Shown: positions 27,919 through 38,073 of the stretch, piece by piece
Layout of the letters: every line of letters starts with the position of its first letter
How positions within the stretch are numbered: the stretch's first letter is position 1
Notes under the pieces: model-generated
The model's input: only the letters and a program-made list of their open reading frames with translations
The model's database searches: none
Told to the model about the DNA's origin: nothing
DNA from: a virus
Reading direction: 5' to 3' (one strand)
Virus record (IMG/VR): IMGVR_UViG_3300021476_000423
Coordinates: 42,908-106,907 of that record
Length of the DNA stretch: 64,000 nt
Made by a program: the position numbers and the translations under genes

Positions 27919-30290
27919 TTCTTCTTCACCTTATTCCATATCTCATCTTCTTCCGAGTCTCCCCGAACCTGTTCCCAATAAGAGAGCACCGTATCTGAAG
28001 ATACGACTTTGATACCCTCAAACTGGTCATTTGAGATAATCTTACCATCGTAATTCTCTTTGGGTATCAGAACATATTTAAGTCCATATCTCTTGGCTCC
28101 CCGAATCTTCTCATACACACCACCGATAGCCGAAATCTTGATGTCACCTGCCCTCTCTTCCTTCAATTCCATCGCTCCTGTCATGGCTATGTCCTGTCTC
28201 AATGGGACTGGTATCAACTCGAACTCGGACTTGAGTTTACCAGAGGCTAAATGGGCTTTCCAGCGTTTCTTGAACTCTCTTGGGTCTCCTAACCACGACA
28301 TAAGAGAGACAGTCATAGTGATGCCAGCACTTGGCCCATCTACCTTAGTCTGAGAGAACTTGATGTGAACATAGCAATCCTTCCCTATGTCTACGCCGTA
28401 TATCCTAAGTATGGCTGTTCTGACTTCGCGTTTCGAGTCCTGCACATCGGTTTCATCGCCTCTCACCACACCTGTAACCTCAAAATTGGCATAGTCGTGA
28501 GAATCTACGAATCTGAGGAAAGACTGCACCTGCATTACATCGCCAGCCCCTTCGCCGCCGTGGGGAGCCGCCACTACTGCCAATCCGTTGACCTGACCTA
28601 CTTTGGTTCCAACATTCTCTACTAGCGAAATGGCTTCCTTCTTCTCCAATCGATGTTCGATAACCTGCTTCTCGATGGTTTCAGTGTAATGTTCGATAGC
28701 ATCTTTCACATGACTGTCTCGAACTATAACATCACCATCCTTCCACGAGAGTTGTGATGACCTCTTGAGCACTTTGATGACGGCTCTGAACATCAATTTG
28801 ATGTGGTCTTTGTCGCTGGCTCTTTGTTTCACATATTCAAGTATGCGCTTTACACCTGCCGCTTCCATAGGTGGAAAGCCGAACCTGTAAAGTTCGTCCC
28901 TTACGACCTGTGCCACAAGCATCTCATTGAGAGGCGTGGCTTCTACCTCATCCTTCAGTGCGATGATGTCACCATAGTTCTCAAACCTGTCTCTAAGAGC
29001 AGGGAATTGATTGATAATGCTATGTGGGTCGTCCAATACATCCAAATTGCCAGCCGCAAAGAGAAAGAACATGGCCTTGACAGGTGGTGTTTGAATGTTC
29101 TGTCCTGCCGTTCCGCCACCGCCGCTAGTGGAAGTATTATCGGCTTGCTGTTGGATAGGAAACTCCCCATCTTCCATTGCAGTCAGAAGTTTGATGGCTG
29201 ATGATTGAGAGAGATTGCGAATCTCATCTATGTAGAGAATCTTCTTGTTGGCTTCATGAATCTTCCCTGCTTGAACTCTACGGTAAGGTGGTTTGGCCAT
29301 TGCACCAGTTTGCCACGGAGACCACTCTATCGAGCCAAAGAGGGCGGCATCCGAAACCAGAGTGCAGTTGACATACATTTGAGTTGACTCAGGGTCATTA
29401 TCCACAAGTAGATTGGGAATGTGTTTTTGTTCGTTACCCTGTTGTCCGAACATCCAACGCTGTTGCCAGAACATAATCATGATGAACATAGGAAAGCCTA
29501 TCATGGTCATTCCCAAACCAAAGTAAACGCTGGCCGAATTCAACAGAGCAGACTCAAAATCCATGCCACCAAGCATATTCAATAACATCTTTCTAAGACC
29601 TAATGAAATCAACATAACCCCAATAAAGATGATAGTCCCAATGCCACCATAGAGCAAAGCGTTTTTCTTACGTCCTTTCTGTGTTTCCTTTATTTCGGCA
29701 TACTCAACTACCTTTTTGGCGGTTCCTGCTGGCTTGATATATCTCACATTGGCCTTGTAGCGATTGATGCGGTCTTCGCCAAGCATAACGTCTTCAAGTT
29801 CGATGCCCTCTTCCTTGTATTTGTCCTTCAGCGATTCGGCCATAACTTTGATAATGAGAGACTTACCAGTGCCGGGTTCACCCAACATAAGAATGTTGTT
29901 AGTTGGTCTTTCACGCAAAACTGCCGAAAGTTTGACTCCGGCGGCTTCTTTCTTTTCCATCTCCTGAAGTTGTTTCAGAGTGCGAATCCATTCTATCTCA
30001 CTAAGGTCAATCTTCTTGAGGGCGGCATCCTGACCGATAATCCAGTCCTTGAACTTCTCTGGCACACGAATGTCATCAGTAGTGTGCTTGGCTTTGGAGT
30101 CGAAGAATTTATCGGTGAAAGCCTTGGGGTCGCTACGCCATTTATCATCTCGAAGGTCGAACTCTGGCTTCAATATCTCCATGTCTCTCTGAATCTTTTC
30201 CGTTGAAACTTTGATTTCACCAAAGTCATGGTCTTCCTTACCTTCTCTCAGTCGTCTCTTCACTCGTCTAAAGACGCTTGGGATTCTCAT
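27915..30290 (-). CDS. lonB: Archaeal-type membrane-anchored Lon protease (LonB)
   Basis: IIGQD, GEPGTGKS, two TM helices inside the AAA+ domain, LYIDEI, GQVNGLAV, catalytic DGPSAG and GGVYEK. Confidence 0.92.
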   Translation of the reverse strand: MRIPSVFRRVKRRLREGKEDHDFGEIKVSTEKIQRDMEILKPEFDLRDDKWRSDPKAFTDKFFDSKAKHTTDDIRVPEKFKDWIIGQDAALKKIDLSEIEWIRTLKQLQEMEKKEAAGVKLSAVLRERPTNNILMLGEPGTGKSLIIKVMAESLKDKYKEEGIELEDVMLGEDRINRYKANVRYIKPAGTAKKVVEYAEIKETQKGRKKNALLYGGIGTIIFIGVMLISLGLRKMLLNMLGGMDFESALLNSASVYFGLGMTMIGFPMFIMIMFWQQRWMFGQQGNEQKHIPNLLVDNDPESTQMYVNCTLVSDAALFGSIEWSPWQTGAMAKPPYRRVQAGKIHEANKKILYIDEIRNLSQSSAIKLLTAMEDGEFPIQQQADNTSTSGGGGTAGQNIQTPPVKAMFFLFAAGNLDVLDDPHSIINQFPALRDRFENYGDIIALKDEVEATPLNEMLVAQVVRDELYRFGFPPMEAAGVKRILEYVKQRASDKDHIKLMFRAVIKVLKRSSQLSWKDGDVIVRDSHVKDAIEHYTETIEKQVIEHRLEKKEAISLVENVGTKVGQVNGLAVVAAPHGGEGAGDVMQVQSFLRFVDSHDYANFEVTGVVRGDETDVQDSKREVRTAILRIYGVDIGKDCYVHIKFSQTKVDGPSAGITMTVSLMSWLGDPREFKKRWKAHLASGKLKSEFELIPVPLRQDIAMTGAMELKEERAGDIKISAIGGVYEKIRGAKRYGLKYVLIPKENYDGKIISNDQFEGIKVVSSDTVLSYWEQVRGDSEEDEIWNKVKKK

Positions 30291-31228
30291 TTGTTGGCCA
30301 CCTTTGACCTATTACGGTCATCCAAAAACAACACTCTTGGCTGTTGTGCTTCAACCTTTCTAAGTAGGGATTCCAAATGAGGCGAAGCAATCAATCTTCG
30401 TCTGTCATTGATATATTTCTTGAACCACCCTTCGAAAACATAGATTAGAACGGCCCCCAAACTTGCTACCCATAACTCCCAATAGGTGAAATAGAGACCA
30501 CCCACTTCGGCGGCAAGAAGATAGAGATTGAGGAGGAAGACGACCGGACTGATGGGTTTGTAGATTTGTCCAACTGGTGTTTTCCAAATATTGGTATCTA
30601 CTTCATCAATTTGTGATGGAAGTGCCGAAAAATAGGTATAATGGAGCATAAGTCCTGATGCTCTATCCCATTCAAGCATGGTTCCGGTAAGTGAATTTTG
30701 ATAGGTATAGGTGTTTCTGAACGCCAAATCGATGACATCGCCACCGAAAGCCGCCACAAAAATTCCAAAGCCTCCCTGAGTGATAGCAACTCTTTCATCC
30801 AGATTCACAAAATCATTGGTTTGAAGATAAGGACTGATGACTGGAAGTCGCATGAAAAATTGATATTTGGGAATGGAGAAATCTGTCTTTGGAACCATTG
30901 AGATTGTTTGATTACCTATAGCCATTGTGATAACCTTGTTATCATCACCTGCGCCTTTTACTGTGATGAGTTGAAGGTAACTGTGCTGAGAATGGTCAAA
31001 CAAAGTGAGCGTCACATTGAATAGAATCAAAGTAGGCGAAATAGTTTGCACTACTTCTACACGAAAGGAATTGATGAAAGGATGATAGGTCACACTGTAA
31101 TCAACGTAGGCTCCGGGCGTGAGTAGAGGCGAAATCTGATAATCTTCGACAAATGAAGCGTGGCTTACTGGCGCAAAGGAGAGGAGCATCATCAAAATGA
31201 ATGCTAAAGCAAGCCCCTTTCGTTTCAT
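30287..31228 (-). CDS. Secreted/membrane protein, first gene of the Lon operon
   Basis: Signal peptide (..SHA), WDRASGLML motif, two C-terminal TM helices. Confidence 0.65.
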   Translation of the reverse strand: MKRKGLALAFILMMLLSFAPVSHASFVEDYQISPLLTPGAYVDYSVTYHPFINSFRVEVVQTISPTLILFNVTLTLFDHSQHSYLQLITVKGAGDDNKVITMAIGNQTISMVPKTDFSIPKYQFFMRLPVISPYLQTNDFVNLDERVAITQGGFGIFVAAFGGDVIDLAFRNTYTYQNSLTGTMLEWDRASGLMLHYTYFSALPSQIDEVDTNIWKTPVGQIYKPISPVVFLLNLYLLAAEVGGLYFTYWELWVASLGAVLIYVFEGWFKKYINDRRRLIASPHLESLLRKVEAQQPRVLFLDDRNRSKVANK

Positions 31229-31252
31229 GATAACGCTTAAGTAGGCAATAGG

Positions 31253-31265
31253 CTATATAAAGATT
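31253..31265 (-). promoter_or_regulatory. Representative non-structural-class promoter (AATCYTTAW...)
   Basis: Similar motif at about 1431, 2511, 4331, 13400, 13697, 34376, 37398, 51753, 54419, 54576, 55052. Confidence 0.7.
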
Positions 31266-31268
31266 AGT

Positions 31269-32831
31269 ATGAGTAGTGTCAATGAAAGGATGTTAAACTC
31301 TCTAAAAAGGGAGTTCAAAGAGGTCAAAGGTGAGACTCCTAAGAAGATTGAACTCGACCTTTCGGATATCATGGCCTTCGTTGAGAAGCACGTTAAGATT
31401 CCTGAGAAGGCTGGCCCTGATGCTACACAGGATATGTGGTTCGCAAACAGACCGTGGCTCAAAAACCTCTACCACGACGAAAATCCAAACATCATCATCG
31501 TCAAGGGCAGACAGATGGAAGTATCGGAATATGCCGTCAATTGGATACTTTACCATGCTCTCACCCATCCCGGCAAATTCATCTATGCTTCAGCATCCGG
31601 CTCTAAGGCCGACATCTTCAGCAGAGACAGATGGCAGAAACAATTGAAACGAAGTCCTGACCTTATGCAAATGGTCAGAAATATGGCCGTGAGAGAGACC
31701 GTTCTAAACAAATCAGAAGTCTACTTTTTAACAGCCTTTGAGGATACTGAAACTCTCAGGTCTATCGACGCTGATGCTATCGTGCTTGACGAGTTTCAGT
31801 CTTATCGAGCCAATGCCATTCCTATTGCTCAAGCAGGAATCTCACACTCATCCTTCAAACGAATGCTTGTCATTGGAACTCCAATATTGACAGGTAGTGG
31901 ATTTGACAACCTGTGGCAACTTAGTGATATGAAAGAGTTCGACCCTGTGACCAAAACTTGGTCTCCCTCTAATCCGAAGTGGGATGGATTATGGTCAGGC
32001 TATCACATTTCGCAAGAGTTCGCTGTAGGTGTATGGATAACTCCTGAAGAATTCGAGTTCAAGAGAAAACACGCTGAAACTCGGCAAGAGTTCGAGAACG
32101 AAGTATTGGGTCGCTTTTATGCGGGTTTGGGTAGACCAACTGACAGAGTTTACATGGAGACTTTGTTCTCGCCTATGCTCAACAAAGGGTCTTTCGTCAA
32201 TGGTGAGTTGCTGATTGCCGGAGTAGATTGGGGCATCACCAAATCCAATACGGTCTTCACTCTCATCCGACCACGACTACTTGAGTTACCAGACCTCTAT
32301 ACCATCGATGTTCTGGACGTTGAGAAAATCGACCAAACCGACCTCACTCTTCAAGTAGAGGAGGTGGCCAAACTCATCCGGCAATACCCTATCTCATTGG
32401 TCGTCTGCGACGAAGGGTCTGGACAAATGCAGAACCAATTACTCTGGAAACAATTCAGAGATAAGGTAATCAAAATTCAGATGATGAATGGATTCTTATC
32501 TACGCCTCTGAAGGTCGAGCCTACCATGTATGGGTCTATGATTAAGGCCAATCGCACCTATGCTATCGACCTCACAATGGACTACATTACCAATCCCTCT
32601 CGCTTCCGTTTCTACAATGAGCCAGACGAATTGAGAAGAAACTACATCATCAAAGACATTTTGGCCGAATATCCCGAACTCACAGAAGGAACCGACAAGA
32701 AGGTGTGGAAGCACAACGAAGACACCACCGACGATGTGCTTCTCTCATTGACGAATGCCATCGTAGGCTTCCAAATCACAAAGGGCACCGCCGTCCCACA
32801 GGATGTAGGCGATTGGCTTTCGTGGGCTTAG
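31269..32831 (+). CDS. terL: Terminase large subunit
   Basis: KGRQMEVSE (Walker A), IVLDE (Walker B), IGTP, AGVDWG and C-terminal DD nuclease motifs. Confidence 0.9.
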   Translation: MSSVNERMLNSLKREFKEVKGETPKKIELDLSDIMAFVEKHVKIPEKAGPDATQDMWFANRPWLKNLYHDENPNIIIVKGRQMEVSEYAVNWILYHALTHPGKFIYASASGSKADIFSRDRWQKQLKRSPDLMQMVRNMAVRETVLNKSEVYFLTAFEDTETLRSIDADAIVLDEFQSYRANAIPIAQAGISHSSFKRMLVIGTPILTGSGFDNLWQLSDMKEFDPVTKTWSPSNPKWDGLWSGYHISQEFAVGVWITPEEFEFKRKHAETRQEFENEVLGRFYAGLGRPTDRVYMETLFSPMLNKGSFVNGELLIAGVDWGITKSNTVFTLIRPRLLELPDLYTIDVLDVEKIDQTDLTLQVEEVAKLIRQYPISLVVCDEGSGQMQNQLLWKQFRDKVIKIQMMNGFLSTPLKVEPTMYGSMIKANRTYAIDLTMDYITNPSRFRFYNEPDELRRNYIIKDILAEYPELTEGTDKKVWKHNEDTTDDVLLSLTNAIVGFQITKGTAVPQDVGDWLSWA

Positions 32832-32875
32832 TCTCATTAGGCTTTAAATAGTCCGACTGTGTTACATCTCTCTGT

Positions 32876-34375
32876 ATGTCGAAGACCAAATATGACTGGA
32901 TGTTGTCCCGATGGCTAGAACAAAACGACATGATGCCCAAAGATAAGCCAGCCGACCTCACTCCTGCCGACCCCTCTGAACAAGCCATTGAGAAAACTCA
33001 ACAGCCAGAGATTCCAGCCGCACAGCCTACACAGGAACCAATGCAAACACCACAAGTGCCAGAAGATGAGACTGAGCAAATCAGTGAGATGGTGGGTGTG
33101 GTCAAACCTTGGGAGAAGGTTGACCTCTACTTGGACAATTGGGAGTATCGTGTGTGGGAAGGATGGATGGGAAGCGAACCCGATAAGAAGGCTGACCTAC
33201 TTGAAGACGTTCTTCATCAGTTTGACAACAATGCTACTGTGATGAAAGGGCCGTCGAAATCTGACCCTAATGCTATCACCTATTCTTTTAAGTTCTCGCT
33301 TGGTGGTGGGCCAGATGGTGTGGTTGATGCCATCACTAAGATTAACGAAGCCTTTCTCGCTCTTGACCAATACAAAGTTGTCTCTGGCAAACTCTATGCC
33401 ATTGTTTACTATGCCGATGGCGAAGAGAACACAATGGATTTGACTCCACAATTGAAAGACAGTAAGGGTGCGGCCAAAGGCGTAGACATCAATGATGCAG
33501 TCCAAATGGCTCTAGATGCTGTTACTGAAGGTCATGCTCCTGAGAGTCAATGGGAAAGACCAAAGGCGTGTCCTGAGTGCGGTGCTCAACTTCCTAATTC
33601 CAATGATGCTATTGCAGAACACTATGCCAGTAATCATCCTGATGCCGAGATTGCCAATGTCTACAAAGAAGAGGCTTCCGATATGGATGAATGGGCCTCA
33701 TGGATGTCTGGTCTTCCCGGCCCAACAACTTCTGACCTTGATGAATATGGGAGACCCTATCGAAAGAGTAGGAGAGCACCTATCAGTCCTAAAGACTTGG
33801 AGAAAGATGAATCCATGCAATTCTGCTCAAAGTGCGGCCAAACACTCGGTATGGGCGAAAGACAATCAGGATTCAACATCTGCCAAAGGTGCATCGATGA
33901 CATAAACGCTGGCAAAGAACCCGGCTCGTGGAAAAATGTGGGTCAGACTTTGGCGCACACTGAAGCACAGATGCCCGACCTTTCCTACCGTGAAAGCCCG
34001 ATGGGAGTTAATGCGGCTCAGATTGGACAGGAAGACCAACTAATGAAAGTAGAAGAGATTCTGAAGGAAGTAGAAGACATCTACAGTGAGCACGAATTCT
34101 ACGTCAGAATTCGGGATATGCTTGTTGACCTTGCCAATATCGTGGACATGATTAATGAGCCTACCGCCTCTCCTGCACTAGAACCACAAGCCGTAGCACC
34201 ACAGGTTCAACCTCATCTTCAAACTCAAGAGGTTGGCCCCAATAGCGATATGAACAAACAGGAAGCCGTGAAAGACCCAAGCGGTGGGAAACCCCATACT
34301 TACACTCAAGGCAAATTAGGTCAATGTGCCATCTGCGGTCTGCCCGCAACTCATTACAGCCATTACGGATACTGA
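32876..34375 (+). CDS. Acidic modular protein with three Zn-finger modules, candidate internal head protein
   Basis: CPECG..HxxxH, CSKCG..CQRC, H..CAICG..H; TTTAAATAG promoter. Confidence 0.65.
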   Translation: MSKTKYDWMLSRWLEQNDMMPKDKPADLTPADPSEQAIEKTQQPEIPAAQPTQEPMQTPQVPEDETEQISEMVGVVKPWEKVDLYLDNWEYRVWEGWMGSEPDKKADLLEDVLHQFDNNATVMKGPSKSDPNAITYSFKFSLGGGPDGVVDAITKINEAFLALDQYKVVSGKLYAIVYYADGEENTMDLTPQLKDSKGAAKGVDINDAVQMALDAVTEGHAPESQWERPKACPECGAQLPNSNDAIAEHYASNHPDAEIANVYKEEASDMDEWASWMSGLPGPTTSDLDEYGRPYRKSRRAPISPKDLEKDESMQFCSKCGQTLGMGERQSGFNICQRCIDDINAGKEPGSWKNVGQTLAHTEAQMPDLSYRESPMGVNAAQIGQEDQLMKVEEILKEVEDIYSEHEFYVRIRDMLVDLANIVDMINEPTASPALEPQAVAPQVQPHLQTQEVGPNSDMNKQEAVKDPSGGKPHTYTQGKLGQCAICGLPATHYSHYGY

Positions 34376-34410
34376 GAATCCTTATTAGGCTAGTATGAAA
34401 TCCTTTCATC

Positions 34411-34746
34411 ATGAGTGATAATTCTGTTCCAACTAGAGAACAACAGATTACCCAAGTCATGCACAATCTCATGGCCACACAATATGGCTTGGCTAGAGAA
34501 GACCAAGACACTGTATTCCGCCTTATGCAATATGGAAACAATATGACAGGACTAACCGAGAAAGAAAAGCGCACTCTGGTTGCAAGAGGTCTGATGGACG
34601 GCTCGGATATGAAACTCACACCGCCAGATGAGTTCATCTTTCGTGGGACTATCACTTCTGCCTTTTGGTTGAAATGCTTGCTGGCTCTTCATGGACTCAT
34701 CGATTTTAGCGGTGGTAAGAATGAATCGCAAACTCCATCCAAATGA
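34411..34746 (+). CDS. Hypothetical, possible winged-helix protein
   Basis: LVARGLM pattern; GAATCCTTATTAG promoter. Confidence 0.5.
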   Translation: MSDNSVPTREQQITQVMHNLMATQYGLAREDQDTVFRLMQYGNNMTGLTEKEKRTLVARGLMDGSDMKLTPPDEFIFRGTITSAFWLKCLLALHGLIDFSGGKNESQTPSK

Positions 34747-35086
34747 TTATGTGGCTATCGTTTCGATAGCCTACGACCTAGCCACTGGTATACCTGCCAT
34801 ATTGTTGGGTATGACATGGCTAGGGATTGCCATCATCGTTGGCGGTATTGCCATCATAGGAGCATTCGACTATTGGGAAGACCGCTTCTATCGACAAGGA
34901 GCCGCCATCGGCTGGCTCGACTATATGCACATGAGAGACCTGATGGCCCACGGTCAGAACTATGAGGCCGTAATCTTCGTCTTGAAGAAGGGTTACAAAA
35001 TGAATGAAGCCGAAGTCCAAAGACTCAAACCAGAGGAGTTGGATGAGTTGCTTCAAAAATTGAAGGTGAAGCAAAACGCCAATTGA
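34691..35086 (+). CDS. 2-TM membrane protein
   Basis: Hydrophobic pair; real start probably ATG 34721. Confidence 0.55.
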   Translation: MDSSILAVVRMNRKLHPNDYVAIVSIAYDLATGIPAILLGMTWLGIAIIVGGIAIIGAFDYWEDRFYRQGAAIGWLDYMHMRDLMAHGQNYEAVIFVLKKGYKMNEAEVQRLKPEELDELLQKLKVKQNAN

Positions 35087-35387
35087 AGGAACCAATAATT
35101 TCTATGATGCCCTCTATGGTCTAGAGTGGGAAAAATACATCTACATCGAGTGTCTGATTTGCAAAGGCGTTTATCGACTTGGTATCTATGGTCTAGCGGA
35201 AGGGGCCACCAATTGTGTCTATTGTGGGGCTTACAGTTGGAATCCCAAGTTGGTGGATAAGGCCACCTACCGCAAGTTCTTAGAACGAAGAAAGAATCCT
35301 AAAGGGATGGAAGCATTCCAAAAAGCAGTATGGAGGACACCTACCGGAGACCAAAGAGGGACAGACGAAGCCGAACAGAGACGTTAA
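35076..35387 (+). CDS. 103-aa Zn-ribbon ORF with non-canonical ACG start
   Basis: Open frame with CLIC and CVYC; GGTGA SD just upstream of ACG. Confidence 0.5.
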   Translation, partial: TPIEGTNNFYDALYGLEWEKYIYIECLICKGVYRLGIYGLAEGATNCVYCGAYSWNPKLVDKATYRKFLERRKNPKGMEAFQKAVWRTPTGDQRGTDEAEQRR

Positions 35388-35557
35388 TCCCATAGTCCGT
35401 GACCATAGAAAATACATCCAAATGAACGATAGGCTTGCGTCAGATAGTGCTTACGAGAACCTTTCTCATATGAGGTCAGAGACCGAGCAAGCCAATAGAT
35501 AGTATCTTGGATATCTTCTACAGTCATCTTCTGCCATTGTGACCAAATGCTTGACAT

Positions 35558-35761
35558 TTAACTGCTAGATGCCTTAGAAGAGAAATAGAAACCCCACGAC
35601 ATAGCCATCAATCCACTGAAGAACGTGAAGACGTTCTGAAGCAGATTCGAATTGACATTGACCGGATTCACTACGGCAACAACGCCAAAGAGACCTGTGA
35701 GAATTGTGATTAGTATGGTCAGATAGAAGGGTTTGTCGGCTTGCGGTATTACATCACTCAT
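35558..35761 (-). CDS. Small 2-TM protein, holin-like
   Basis: Two TM helices; GFYFSS C-terminus. Confidence 0.5.
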   Translation of the reverse strand: MSDVIPQADKPFYLTILITILTGLFGVVAVVNPVNVNSNLLQNVFTFFSGLMAMSWGFYFSSKASSS

Positions 35762-36168
35762 GATTTCTTCTCTCCCTTCCGACCTTTATTAAGGTTCCTG
35801 TTCCGATAGTTGGGAAGATTTCTGAGAGATTCAGGTAAGATACCTCTCTCAATCATCTCTTCGGTGGCCACTATGCAATAGACATTCCAGAGCCATGCAA
35901 TGAGATGGTCTTCGTCATCGTCTCCCATGAGCCACTGATTCATATGTCGCTTGGCTGATGCTACAAATCTCTCTTCATCAATCCCCTTCTCCCAATTACG
36001 GGCGGCATACTTGTTGGCTCCTTTGGCAAAGTGTTGCGAAAGACGCATATCGACCATCGGATTCATGAGGTCTGGTCGTGCTTTGTTGTCTTGAATATCC
36101 CTCATAGCCCCTGTCGAAAATTGCACCCGTTTGCCGCTATCCTTCAATGGTTTGTCGATTGGTTTCAT
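35758..36168 (-). CDS. dATP/dGTP diphosphohydrolase-domain protein (DUF5664-like)
   Basis: GAMRD..KARPDL, GANKY..RNWEKG, RH..W..G...EDHL; start at ATGA overlap 36168. Confidence 0.8.
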   Translation of the reverse strand: MKPIDKPLKDSGKRVQFSTGAMRDIQDNKARPDLMNPMVDMRLSQHFAKGANKYAARNWEKGIDEERFVASAKRHMNQWLMGDDDEDHLIAWLWNVYCIVATEEMIERGILPESLRNLPNYRNRNLNKGRKGEKKS

Positions 36169-36713
36169 ATGCCTTCGCCTTGGAGAAAGGAAATTACACT
36201 GGACAAGGATTCTATCCTTATGCCAACCTTGCATTTCTGATTCCACGGTTGATTGTAAAGAAAGCCAATTTTGCCAATGGCCGTTACCTTTTCGATTGTA
36301 TCGCTCCTATCGTCCACAAAAATATGGTAAGGTAGGGCTTCTTTAGTTTTGCCATAAGGCACAATGAGAATTGGAATCTGTCTAAGACCATACTTCTCAA
36401 GCCATTTTATCTTACCTCCGGCTTGTGGTGGCCCCGCAGATGTGACCACAGTGACATCAGCCAATTCAGCAAGTCTTTCTACCTTCTTCTCAATATTAGG
36501 TTCTGTCGGTCTGATTTCATCCCACCGATTACCCCATACTTCTCCATAGATTCCTGCCATCTGAGAACCTGTCAAGTGGAACTTGTTCTCATACCAATCC
36601 CATTCGACGTAATCCTTTTTGGAAGCCAAATAACCAAATGTTTCATTTGCCACTTTAAGAAAGGTATCCATGCTCTCAGCGATTACACTATCCATATCCA
36701 GAGAAAGTCTCAT
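36165..36713 (-). CDS. HAD-family 5'(3')-deoxyribonucleotidase
   Basis: LDMDSV, VTS, K..WL, FVDD, PWN. Confidence 0.85.
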   Translation of the reverse strand: MRLSLDMDSVIAESMDTFLKVANETFGYLASKKDYVEWDWYENKFHLTGSQMAGIYGEVWGNRWDEIRPTEPNIEKKVERLAELADVTVVTSAGPPQAGGKIKWLEKYGLRQIPILIVPYGKTKEALPYHIFVDDRSDTIEKVTAIGKIGFLYNQPWNQKCKVGIRIESLSSVISFLQGEGI

Positions 36714-37165
36714 AGTTTATTCTCACTCCACCATTTTTCGAACTCTGCAAAACCACTGAACATTCGATTGGCATAGTATTGAAGCCACGGATGCCAGCGA
36801 TTCTTGTCGGTCAAATGAACAACGTAAACCTGCTTCTGTAGGACTACTCTGGCGTAGAAGATTTCCATTGGTGTGCCTATGGATACGGCATCGTTCATAA
36901 TAGCAATCACACCATTGGATGTAGCAATGAGGTGAAGGTCTCCTTCGACTATGGGGTTGTAATAATCTGGCCCAAATGCCTCAACCATCTGTCTTTGTCT
37001 CTCTTCTCGTGTCATAGGCTTTGTGACATCCAATTTTTTGATGTCGTTTCTAGGCACATCATAGAAAGGATTCACCAACTCTATTCCAAGTCTTTTCTCG
37101 GCCCCAACTTCCCATGTCCTGACCTCTTCCCTAGACTCAAAGGGATGAGCCAAATAGTATCTCAT
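36710..37165 (-). CDS. Nucleoside 2-deoxyribosyltransferase-like protein
   Basis: YYLAHPF, NPF, D...I, SIGTPMEIFYA; start at ATGA overlap 37165. Confidence 0.8.
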   Translation of the reverse strand: MRYYLAHPFESREEVRTWEVGAEKRLGIELVNPFYDVPRNDIKKLDVTKPMTREERQRQMVEAFGPDYYNPIVEGDLHLIATSNGVIAIMNDAVSIGTPMEIFYARVVLQKQVYVVHLTDKNRWHPWLQYYANRMFSGFAEFEKWWSENKL

Positions 37166-37344
37166 TTCTTTCTCCACCCTTTGAATCTAAGGGTGATATT
37201 GGCTCCTAATGCTACCATTCCTATAGCGTAACTTTCAAGAACCGAACTAGGCGCATTCACTGACCACGCCCATATAGCATCTCCAAGGAAGAAGAAGATG
37301 ATGGCTATAGACCATATGACATCAGGAAGGGCTGAATCAGCCAT
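37162..37344 (-). CDS. Small 2-TM protein
   Basis: Leaderless first gene of the nucleotide operon. Confidence 0.55.
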   Translation of the reverse strand: MADSALPDVIWSIAIIFFFLGDAIWAWSVNAPSSVLESYAIGMVALGANITLRFKGWRKK

Positions 37345-37433
37345 TAGTCTGAAGGTCTGTTCCAGAGGTATTTAGGGATTCTCGGTGGTAAAAAGCCAAT
37401 CTTTATATAGTCAGAACCACCCTTTCCTTTCGT

Positions 37434-37643
37434 ATGCCTAAGAGAGAGTGGAAAAAGGCTCAGTCCGTTGGCCATGCTACAACCCGCATCATCTTCATCC
37501 CTGCTGAATTAGTGAAAGAACTCGTTCCTGATGCCAATGCCAAGACCATCATTGGTGGAAAATGGACTGTCGGAATGGATAGCGATAAGAAGAAAATTCT
37601 CGCTCTGGAACTAAAGAGGTTTGAGAAGTGGCCTCCGTCATGA
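37434..37643 (+). CDS. AbrB/SpoVT-like DNA-binding protein
   Basis: QSVG...IFIPAELVKEL; AATCTTTATATAG promoter. Confidence 0.55.
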   Translation: MPKREWKKAQSVGHATTRIIFIPAELVKELVPDANAKTIIGGKWTVGMDSDKKKILALELKRFEKWPPS

Positions 37644-37939
37644 GTGACCACGAAGAAGGTAGACCTGTCGGAAAACCAAGAGGACACAAACCGCCACTCC
37701 ATCGCACGATGTTCATCGACCTCTCTGGTCTCGATTTAGACACAGCAGAAGGACAGAATGAGTTGATTAAGAGGGCACAGATTTTATTGGCCACTACCGA
37801 CCACAACACTCTCGACCTTGCGGCTTTCAAGATTCTGAAGGAGTCAGTGAAGGTAAAGACAGACCTCAATGTGTGGATGCAATTCAACGAAATGCGGAAA
37901 ACTCTAGATGAGTGGAAAGAGGCACAAGGAAAGAAGTAG
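37628..37939 (+). CDS. Hypothetical helical protein (possible terminase small subunit)
   Basis: GRPVGKPRG N-terminus and coiled C-terminus; weak. Confidence 0.35.
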   Translation: MASVMSDHEEGRPVGKPRGHKPPLHRTMFIDLSGLDLDTAEGQNELIKRAQILLATTDHNTLDLAAFKILKESVKVKTDLNVWMQFNEMRKTLDEWKEAQGKK

Positions 37940-38073
37940 AACGTTTATAAAGCCAACTATAGAAGGAGTATTGCTATGAAAGAAGAGAAACGATATTACA
38001 AAATAAGAACGGTGGCAAATGTGATTTCTGCTTTAACAACGATTCTAGTGCTCCTGAAGGTATTCGGACTAAT

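Noticed and set aside
9500-32831. Inteins in PolB, Lon or terminase
   Set aside because: Motif spacing is normal and no C...HN-C/S/T splice junctions were seen
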